Shown: positions 43,973-50,438 of the stretch, one piece after another
Layout: every line of letters starts with the position of its first letter
How positions within the stretch are numbered: the stretch's first letter is position 1
Origin: an uncultured Clostridia bacterium
GTDB taxonomy: Bacteria; Bacillota; Clostridia; Oscillospirales; CAG-272
DNA: 50,438 bases
Direction: 5' to 3'
Assembly (NCBI GenBank): GCA_947632135.1
Contig: CANRNZ010000001.1
Location: 1 to 50,438 of the forward strand
The notes under the pieces: model-generated
What the model was told of the DNA's origin: nothing
The model's database searches: none
What the model saw: only the letters and a program-made list of their open reading frames with translations
Position numbers and translations under genes: made by a program

Positions 43973-44665
43973 TCAATCCTTGATAATGCCGGCGTCTCTT
44001 TTTTTAAGCCTTATTACGTGGTTTATTTCTTCTATTGTTTTATCGACGTCCGCGCCGTATGACACCGAAACGCTTATGACGTCTTTCCCGTCATTGTCTA
44101 CGATTTTAAATACGTGGTATGTAACCTTTCTGTCCTTCGGCAGAGGGAGAGACGCTTCAACATATTCGGCGTGGTCGAGGTCAAGGTAGTTGAACACTCC
44201 GCCGAACTCTTCGTCGAGCGTGTCGTTTATAAGTGAAAAGCGCTTGCCGTGAACGTAGAGATTTTTTTCGGTATAGAAGATTTGAATGGCATTGTAGGCG
44301 CTTGTTCTGTTCTTGCCGTCGGTTCCGTGCTTGAAGTGAACATCCTTTGCCATATAATCGTATCCGAACATCTTTGCGGGGCTTACGATGGTGAGAAAAT
44401 CCTTTTCGTAAACCTCATATTTAATCATGGCGCGCTCGTCGAGGTCTTTTATTTTCTCGCTCACCTGATAGTCGATGTCTGTTTCCTTTGCGGTCCCGCT
44501 GACAGAAAACACAAAACAGCCTATCGCGATGATGAAGCACAGCATTCCCATGTCTTTGCTGATACCCATTGCAATAAGACCGAGAACTATAAACCCGATG
44601 CCGACCCACGAGAGGGGTGACAGACCTTTTGCGGTAAAATACTTTAAGTTGCGTTTTGTTTCCAT
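43973..44665 (-). CDS. Hypothetical protein: two N-terminal TM helices plus a ~170 aa soluble domain, no recognised family
   Basis: The ORF has coding-like composition and its own terminator. TM segments are WVGIGFIVLGLIAMGI and MLCFIIAIGCFVFSV. Confidence 0.6.
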   Translation of the reverse strand: METKRNLKYFTAKGLSPLSWVGIGFIVLGLIAMGISKDMGMLCFIIAIGCFVFSVSGTAKETDIDYQVSEKIKDLDERAMIKYEVYEKDFLTIVSPAKMFGYDYMAKDVHFKHGTDGKNRTSAYNAIQIFYTEKNLYVHGKRFSLINDTLDEEFGGVFNYLDLDHAEYVEASLPLPKDRKVTYHVFKIVDNDGKDVISVSVSYGADVDKTIEEINHVIRLKKRDAGIIKD

Positions 44666-45009
44666 AAATACTCCCAGACAGTATGACTATACTTACCTAT
44701 TATAATATCACACAAATTGTTGATTGTCAACATTTAAAGCGCTATTTGTACGGTAATGTCGGGTAAATTCGCAAAGTAAATTTTTTTAAATATTATAAAG
44801 AAGGATTTTAAAGAAATTTTCGAAATAAATTTTAAATCATCTTTAAATCCGCGCGGCGTCACCGCACTCTGAAGCGCTTTTGCCCCCACTTTATTTTTAT
44901 AGAATTATTAAATAAATTTTTTGAATAAAAATCTCAGCGCGGCAAATAATTACAACAGAGGTGAAAAAAGAATTTTAAATGCCTATACGGCAGGAGGACA
45001 AAGGAGAAA

Positions 45010-46257
45010 ATGAAAAAATTTATAAAAATTTTTACGAAAAAATCTTACGCGCTTGTTATGGCGCTCTTGATGCTTGCCGCCGCCGTCAGCGCGGGGGCTG
45101 CCCCTCTCACTCCCGCGCTCGATATAATATCGGACAGTGAAAAAATGACCGTTTCGCTGAGCAGCGCCGACGGCAGATTCAAAAGCGTTTATTTGAAAAA
45201 CGCTCTCGGTGTCGACGACGGCGACACCGTCACGGTGACGTCTCTTCCCGAAGGCTGCACTCTGAGATACAACGGCAGAGATATGTGGGTCGGAGAAGAG
45301 CTTCCCGTGGCGTCGACGGACTATATAACATTCGACGGCGCTATAGATTCTGAGTTTACCTTCACCGTCAACGGTTCGTACAGCGTGACGTGCAATGTGA
45401 CGTTTTCCGACAGTGTGGGCCTTTCGCCCGAAGCCGAGAACAGCAGGGAGGTATTCACGTACAATAACACGTCATATTTCGGCGTTATGAAAGGATACGA
45501 CGCCGATTCCGAAAAGCTTTGCTTTGACATCGAATCTTACCCCGAAAAGGGACTTCTCACCGTTATTGACAAAAACGAGGGCACTTATATGTACGCGCCG
45601 TATGAAAAATGCAGCGGCAGCGACAGCTTCACTTACAGCGTGCATGACGAGGACGGAAATTATTCCGCACCGTGCGTTGTCAATATAAATATCGAGAAAA
45701 ACAGGCATTACGTTTTCTCCGACCTCTCAGACAGCGCCGTATCCGTCAGCGCAGTAAACATGGTAAAGAGCGGCATAATGGACGCCGAATACGACGGGGA
45801 GCTTCTGAAATTTTCGCCGAGCTCGAATGTCACACGCCAGTCCTTTATCGTTTCGGCAATGAAGCTTTTCGGCGCTGATAATCTTCCCGAGGTACAGACT
45901 ACCTCGTTTGCCGACGACGGCGAAATACTCTCGGAGAACAAGCCTTACGTCGAGGCGGCGCTGCGGCTCGGGTTTATAAGCGGCGTTGAGACAAACGGAG
46001 AGCTTTATCTTTATCCCGACGGGGCAGTCACGGGAGAGGAGGCTTGCTCTGTAATCGGAAAAATACTCGGGACAGACGAGGTTCAGTATGTGATGGCGGA
46101 TTCAAACGGACTTGTCTCTCCGTTTGCCGAGCCCGCTGTAACGGCTCTTTATGAAAGGGGAGTTTTTGAAGCTTACGGACTGAGAAACATTGAGCTTTCC
46201 GCAGAGCTTACAAGAGGTCAGCTTGCCGAATTTCTTTACAGCATAAAAAAATCGTGA
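45010..46257 (+). CDS. Secreted cell-surface protein: signal peptide, Ig/cadherin-like domain, three SLH-like C-terminal repeats
   Basis: A signal peptide (ALVMALLMLAAAVSAGA), an Ig-like segment (GSDSFTYSVHDEDGNYSAPCVVNINI) and SLH-like repeats (FSDLSDSA..AVNMVKSGIM...VTRQSF, and so on). AGGAGG RBS. Confidence 0.55.
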   Translation: MKKFIKIFTKKSYALVMALLMLAAAVSAGAAPLTPALDIISDSEKMTVSLSSADGRFKSVYLKNALGVDDGDTVTVTSLPEGCTLRYNGRDMWVGEELPVASTDYITFDGAIDSEFTFTVNGSYSVTCNVTFSDSVGLSPEAENSREVFTYNNTSYFGVMKGYDADSEKLCFDIESYPEKGLLTVIDKNEGTYMYAPYEKCSGSDSFTYSVHDEDGNYSAPCVVNINIEKNRHYVFSDLSDSAVSVSAVNMVKSGIMDAEYDGELLKFSPSSNVTRQSFIVSAMKLFGADNLPEVQTTSFADDGEILSENKPYVEAALRLGFISGVETNGELYLYPDGAVTGEEACSVIGKILGTDEVQYVMADSNGLVSPFAEPAVTALYERGVFEAYGLRNIELSAELTRGQLAEFLYSIKKS

Positions 46258-46353
46258 CAAAGTTTCCTTTGAGGCGTATATAAAGAAAAAATTAAGGAAA
46301 AATATATATGTACACGAATTGTACAAAAGTCAATTTTCTAAGGGAGAAAAAAC

Positions 46354-46494
46354 ATGAACGAACAGAACCAGAACAATCAGAACCAGAACAATCAGAATCA
46401 GAACCAGAATCAGAATCAGAGCAAAAATCAGAACAAGAACCAGAACAAGAACCAGAGCAAGAATCAGAACAAGGACCAGCAGGAAAACCACTGA
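46354..46494 (+). CDS. Candidate 46-codon micro-ORF encoding an almost pure N/Q/K peptide
   Basis: The ATG at 46354 has GGGAG 7 nt upstream. Translation is MNEQNQNNQNQNNQNQNQNQNQSKNQNKNQNKNQSKNQNKDQQENH. The stop at 46492-46494 precedes a clean terminator. The ORF is below the track size cutoff. Confidence 0.4.
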   Translation: MNEQNQNNQNQNNQNQNQNQNQSKNQNKNQNKNQSKNQNKDQQENH

Positions 46495-46552
46495 ATTGCA
46501 CTTTGGTGTATCGCAGCGTCGGTACAGTATTCTCACTTTATATTTTCGGGAG

Positions 46553-46580
46553 ACGGCGGAAATTTTCCGCCGTTTCTTTT
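46553..46580 (+). terminator. Intrinsic terminator
   Basis: The stem ACGGCGGAA/TTCCGCCGT is followed by TTCTTTT. Confidence 0.75.
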
Positions 46581-46779
46581 AGATTTCCGAGCTTTTCGGC
46601 AAAAATTGTTTAAATAATTTGCGAAAATTTTTATAGAATATAATAATTTACGGGAAAAGTATACCGTATCTCGTATTGCTTTATTTCGATTTGTATGATA
46701 AAATAAACATACGGCAATGTCCGAAGTATATTTTATATTTAAAATATTTTAACAATTTATCATGGAGGTGTTTTCTGTT

Positions 46780-48576
46780 ATGGATAATAATATCACGCGC
46801 GACGTCAAGTACATAGGTGTAAACGACCATAAGGTAGACCTCTTCGAGGGTCAGTACAAAGTCCCGAACGGAATGGCGTACAATTCCTACGTCATTCTCG
46901 ATGAAAAAACAGCCGTTATAGACACGGTCGACAAAAACTTTACCCACGAATGGCTCGATAACCTTTCAAATGCCCTGAACGGCAGGAAACCCGATTACCT
47001 TATAATCCAGCACATGGAGCCCGACCACTCGGGAAATATCGAAAACTTTATGAAAATATACGGCGATACGGTCATTGTATCCTCCGAGAAATCCTTCGCG
47101 ATGATGGGGCAGTTCTTCGACAAGGATTATTCTGAGCGCCGTATGGTGATTTCCGAGGGCTCGGAGCTTTGCCTCGGCAGACACACGCTTACGTTTATCG
47201 GCGCTCCCATGGTGCACTGGCCCGAGGTCATGGTCACTTACGATTCTTTTGATAAAATTCTTTTTTCGGCCGACGGATTCGGAAAATTCGGCGCGCTCGA
47301 CGTTGACGAGGAGTGGGACTGCGAGGCGAGGCGGTATTATATCGGCATTGTCGGAAAATACGGTGCGCAGGTTCAAAGACTTCTCAAAAAGGCGTCGGGG
47401 CTTGATATTTCAATCATATGCCCGACCCACGGACCGGTTCTGAATGAAAATCTCAATCATTATATAAACCTTTATGACACATGGTCGTCATACCGCGTTG
47501 AATCGGAGGGGATAGTTATCGCGTACACGTCAGTTTACGGGCACACAAGAGACGCCGTAATGCTTCTTTCCGAAAAGCTTCGCGACAGGGGCTGTCCCAA
47601 GGTGGTCACCTTTGACCTTGCGAGAGACGATATGGCTGAGGCGGTCGAGGACGCCTTCAGGTACGGAAAGCTCGTTCTTGCGACCACTACCTACAACGCC
47701 GACATATTCCCGTTTATGAGGACGTTTATCGAGCACCTTACGGAGAGAAATTATCAGAGCAGAACGGTGGCGCTTATCGAAAACGGCACATGGGCGCCTC
47801 TTGCGGCAAAGACTATGAGCTCGATGCTCGAAAAATGCAAAAACATAACCTTTGCGGCGAATACAGTCCGCATTATGTCGTCTCTAAGCGACGAGTCGCG
47901 CTCTCAGCTCGACGCTCTTGCGGACGAGCTGTGCAAGGATTATATCGCTCAGCGCGGAGAAGCTGTCGACAAGAAGGATATGACGGCGCTGTATAAAATA
48001 GGCTACGGGCTTTACGTCGTCACGTCAAACGACGGCACAAAGGACAACGGGCTGATAGTAAACACTGTCACTCAGCTTACCGATAATCCGAACAGGGTCG
48101 CCGTGAACATAAACAAGGCAAATTATTCGCACCACGTAATAAAGCAGACGGGCAAAATGAATGTGAACTGCCTGTCAATCGAAGCGCCCTTCAAGCTGTT
48201 TGAAAACTTCGGATTCCAAAGCGGCAGGGCAGTGGACAAATTTGCCGACTGCGAGCCGATGCGCTCCGACAACGGACTCGTGTTTTTGCCGCGCTATATA
48301 AACGCGTTTATGTCTCTTGAGGTCGAGCAATACGTTGATATGGAAACGCACGGAATGTTTATATGCAAGGTGACTGAGGCGAGAGTGATTTCCGACGTCG
48401 AAACGATGAGCTACGCGTACTATCACAAAAACGTCAAGCCGAAGCCTAAGACCGAGGGCAAAAAAGGCTTCGTGTGCAAGATATGCGGTTACGTATACGA
48501 GGGCGACGAGCTGCCCGACGACTTCGTCTGCCCGCTCTGCAAGCATGGCGCGGCAGATTTTGAGCCGATACGGTAA
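46780..48576 (+). CDS. Multidomain flavodiiron protein: metallo-beta-lactamase-like diiron + flavodoxin-like + flavin-reductase-like + rubredoxin
   Basis: The diiron motif HMEPDHSG, a flavodoxin-like middle part, a flavin reductase-like segment (GLYVVTSNDG...VNTVTQ) and a C-terminal rubredoxin (CKICGYVYEG...CPLCKHG). The ATG at 46780 follows GGAGG. Confidence 0.88.
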   Translation: MDNNITRDVKYIGVNDHKVDLFEGQYKVPNGMAYNSYVILDEKTAVIDTVDKNFTHEWLDNLSNALNGRKPDYLIIQHMEPDHSGNIENFMKIYGDTVIVSSEKSFAMMGQFFDKDYSERRMVISEGSELCLGRHTLTFIGAPMVHWPEVMVTYDSFDKILFSADGFGKFGALDVDEEWDCEARRYYIGIVGKYGAQVQRLLKKASGLDISIICPTHGPVLNENLNHYINLYDTWSSYRVESEGIVIAYTSVYGHTRDAVMLLSEKLRDRGCPKVVTFDLARDDMAEAVEDAFRYGKLVLATTTYNADIFPFMRTFIEHLTERNYQSRTVALIENGTWAPLAAKTMSSMLEKCKNITFAANTVRIMSSLSDESRSQLDALADELCKDYIAQRGEAVDKKDMTALYKIGYGLYVVTSNDGTKDNGLIVNTVTQLTDNPNRVAVNINKANYSHHVIKQTGKMNVNCLSIEAPFKLFENFGFQSGRAVDKFADCEPMRSDNGLVFLPRYINAFMSLEVEQYVDMETHGMFICKVTEARVISDVETMSYAYYHKNVKPKPKTEGKKGFVCKICGYVYEGDELPDDFVCPLCKHGAADFEPIR

Positions 48577-48698
48577 AGACGGTAGAGACATACGGCAAAC
48601 ACCGCGCGCAGCTTAAAAATATGCGCGGGTCAAATAAAATTTCAAAACGTCAAAACGAATCGGGCAAATTATAGCTAACTGCACGAGAATGCCGCTCG

Positions 48699-48748
48699 GA
48701 GACCGAAAGAGAACGAAGGAGACTGAAAGAGACTGAAGGAGACTGAAA
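48699..48748. repeat. Purine-rich tandem repeat, 10 nt x5 (GAGACTGAAR and variants), abutting the start codon
   Basis: Read directly. Units start at 48699, 48709, 48719, 48729 and 48739. GGAG (SD-like) tetramers arise at the junctions after G-ending units (48718/48719 and 48738/48739), and a further GGAG lies at 48698-48701. Confidence 0.95.
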
Positions 48749-49285
48749 ATGAAAAGAATTTGCATTCTGCTGACAGAGCTTATTCTGATTTTCTGTGTCT
48801 CGGCGTGTGCTGCGAGCGTTCGACCGTCGGAATCGGAAGCGCCGCAAACATATATGAATGAGAGCGCCGATTCCCCCTACAAAATCGAATCGACGACTGC
48901 CGAAAAAGACGATGAAACAAAGAGGGAAACGACAGTGAAAATGAATGTACAAATCGGTGACAAAAACTTTATGGCGACCTTGGAGGACAATGCCGCAGTG
49001 CGTGAATTTATCGGAATGATGAAAAAAGCGCCGGTAACGCTTGAAATGCGCGACTATTCAGGCTTTGAAAAGGTCGGCGTGCTCGGGAAAACGCTTCCCG
49101 CCGACGACAGGCAGACAATGACCGTCCCCGGCGACATCGTTCTGTATAACGGAAATCAGATTGTGATGTTTTATGGCTCCAACTTGTGGAGTTATACAAG
49201 ACTCGCTCACATTGACGACCTGACAGGCTGGAATGATTCGCTCGGCAGCAACAGTATCACGGCGGTATTTACCGTTGAGGAATAA
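48749..49285 (+). CDS. Lipoprotein with a cyclophilin-like fold domain
   Basis: A lipobox (LIFCVSAC), then MNVQIGDKNFMATLEDNAAVREF...GDIVLYNGNQIVMFYG, which resembles the cyclophilin-like superfamily domain found in small Firmicute proteins. Confidence 0.6.
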   Translation: MKRICILLTELILIFCVSACAASVRPSESEAPQTYMNESADSPYKIESTTAEKDDETKRETTVKMNVQIGDKNFMATLEDNAAVREFIGMMKKAPVTLEMRDYSGFEKVGVLGKTLPADDRQTMTVPGDIVLYNGNQIVMFYGSNLWSYTRLAHIDDLTGWNDSLGSNSITAVFTVEE

Positions 49286-49309
49286 TAAAAATATTGTGGA
49301 GGATATATC

Positions 49310-50065
49310 ATGGAAAAGATTACACAGACCGCAGGCAGAAATCAGCTTGGCGACTTCGCGCCTGATTTTGCCCGGTTCAACGACGACGTTCTCTTTGGCG
49401 AGAACTGGAACAACCCCGACATCGCCCTCAAAACACGGTGCATTATCACAGTTGTTGCTCTGATGTCGTCGGGCATCACCGATTCGTCGCTGACCTATCA
49501 CCTTGAAAACGCGAAGGCGCACGGTGTGAGCCGCGCGGAGATTGCCGCAATCGTGACCCACGTCGGCTTCTATGTCGGCTGGCCGAAGGCGTGGGCGGTG
49601 TTCAGACTTGCCAAGGACGTTTGGAAAGAAACGGAGCCGGAACTGACAGAGAAAGACCGCTATCAGAACACAATCTTCTTCCCAATCGGCGCGCCGAACG
49701 ACGGCTTTAAGCAGTATTTTTCCGGGCAGAGCTATCTCGCGCCGGTGTCGGGCGAGCAGGTCGGCATTTTCAACGTGACCTTTGAGCCGGGCTGCCGCAA
49801 CAACTGGCACATTCATCACGCCGAAAAAGGCGGCGGTCAGATACTCGTCTGCGTCGGCGGGCGCGGGTATTACCAAGAATGGGGCAAGGAGGCGGTGGAG
49901 ATGCGCCCCGGCGACTGCGTAAATATCCCCGTGGGCGTAAAACACTGGCACGGCGCGGCTCCCGACAGCTGGTTCAGTCACCTTGCGATTGAAGTCCCCG
50001 GCGAAAACGGCTCAAACGAATGGCTCGAGCCGGTGGATGAAAAACAATACGAGGCTTTGAAATAA
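49310..50065 (+). CDS. Carboxymuconolactone decarboxylase (CMD) domain fused to a cupin domain
   Basis: N-terminal CMD pattern (TRCIITVVALMSSG...HLENAKAHGVSRAEIAAIVTHVGFYVGWPKAW). C-terminal cupin (FEPGCRNNWHIH...GQILVCVGGRGYYQEWG...PGDCVNIPVGVKHWHGA). Confidence 0.82.
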   Translation: MEKITQTAGRNQLGDFAPDFARFNDDVLFGENWNNPDIALKTRCIITVVALMSSGITDSSLTYHLENAKAHGVSRAEIAAIVTHVGFYVGWPKAWAVFRLAKDVWKETEPELTEKDRYQNTIFFPIGAPNDGFKQYFSGQSYLAPVSGEQVGIFNVTFEPGCRNNWHIHHAEKGGGQILVCVGGRGYYQEWGKEAVEMRPGDCVNIPVGVKHWHGAAPDSWFSHLAIEVPGENGSNEWLEPVDEKQYEALK

Positions 50066-50068
50066 AAA

Positions 50069-50239
50069 ATGAAAATCAGAAAATTTGCGGCGGTTTTACT
50101 TGCGCTTGTTATGGTGTTTGCCCTTGCCGCCTGCTCAGACAACAAGCCGAGCGATAACAGCGGAAATACCGTCTCGGTCTGCTGTATCTTCGCGGCAGGG
50201 ATACGGAGCGAGACAATGCAGAAGCCCTCCGCCGGCTGA
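50069..50239 (+). pseudogene. Truncated lipoprotein gene: an intact signal/lipobox, then aberrant sequence and an early stop
   Basis: MKIRKFAAVLLALVMVFALAACSDNKPSDNSGNT is a normal lipoprotein N-terminus. After ~50170 the frame reads VSVCCIFAAGIRSETMQKPSAG-stop, while another frame carries a coherent protein fragment. Confidence 0.4.
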
Positions 50240-50438
50240 ACGCCTCCGCCGAACACGGGAATCCGTATGCCTCGCAGCTTCTGCACAGTCTTCAGAACAA
50301 TCGGAATTGGACGGCGGCGATGGGCGCCTTCCGGCTCCTGCATCACATCAGCCGGATCATACAGAACCGCTTGGAGGATGAGCGCCGAGGAAAGGACGGC
50401 GCACACATCGACAGGAAATTACGGCGCAGGATTCGGGA
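50158..50438 (+). mobile_element. Start-less 3' fragment of a relaxase/mobilisation-type gene (Sel1-like repeat plus conserved C-terminal tail), open to the window edge
   Basis: The frame opens right after a TAA at 50155 with no start codon: QRKYRLGLLYLRGRDTERDNAEALRRLNASAEHGNPYASQLL...FRLLHHISRIIQNRLEDERRGKDGAHIDRKLRRRIR. From memory this resembles the C-terminal region of relaxases on Clostridial integrative elements (Sel1-like repeat, LLHHxSRIF, IDRKLRRK). It needs a database search. Confidence 0.4.

Noticed and set aside
46292-46613. Three >=60 aa ORFs over the N/Q repeat: 46308-46613 (+, E/P/S-rich), 46292-46501 (-, C/S/D-rich) and 46330-46536 (-, L/V/I-rich)
   Set aside because: The hexanucleotide-type repeat keeps these frames open. 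The 101 aa plus-strand ORF runs through the terminator hairpin and the minus-strand ORFs lack an RBS. Only the short N/Q frame has a coherent RBS, stop and terminator layout, and even that call is tentative.
49058-49981. A 307 aa minus-strand ORF spanning the cyclophilin-like and CMD-cupin genes
   Set aside because: It is antisense to two well-supported genes in a higher-GC stretch, where long spurious ORFs are expected. It has no recognisable motifs and is R/A/P-rich.
1-50438. tRNA, rRNA, tmRNA, RNase P, integrase/transposase, restriction-modification, Cas, retron/DGR reverse transcriptase or other defence genes
   Set aside because: I looked for T-loop GGTTCGAATCC-like motifs, rRNA-like segments and hallmark protein motifs on both strands and found none. 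The only mobile-element trace is the relaxase-like fragment at the right edge.

Overview
This 50.4 kb chromosomal window looks like an anaerobic, spore-forming Firmicute of the Clostridia type. That inference rests on a complete rnfCDGEAB operon, an alpha/beta-type SASP, FtsK/SpoIIIE, an FtsW/RodA/SpoVE-family gene and a multidomain flavodiiron protein. I support about 44 protein genes, and most are housekeeping: rplS (partial), radA, the rnf operon, an htrA / response regulator / histidine kinase module, a VanY-type carboxypeptidase, pnp, rpsO, ftsK, tmk, mltG, pcrA, htpG, birA and a phosphohexomutase. A few genes look accessory: a DUF4160/DUF2442 pair, a GH29 fucosidase, a PepSY protein, an SLH protein, a cyclophilin-like lipoprotein and a CMD-cupin fusion. 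I found no tRNA, rRNA, CRISPR array, intact mobile element or recognisable defence or biosynthetic cluster, so there is no clear multi-gene novel system here. Five things deserve a second look. (1) An orphan unit at 1185-1555 runs from a promoter to a terminator and appears to encode a ~335 nt structured RNA closed by a perfect 14 bp long-range helix. (2) Short tandem repeats occur in nearly every intergenic region, with in-frame counterparts that add low-complexity tails to essential proteins. These include a Sup35-like Q/N/Y-rich tail on HtrA and KEKK-type blocks next to the first TM helix of several envelope enzymes. (3) A free-standing 46-codon (N/Q)n micro-ORF has its own RBS and terminator. 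(4) The htpG leader contains an internal terminator. (5) At the right edge a lipoprotein gene 5' end is fused out of frame to what looks like the 3' end of a relaxase gene. All family assignments come from motif recognition by eye and no searches were run.
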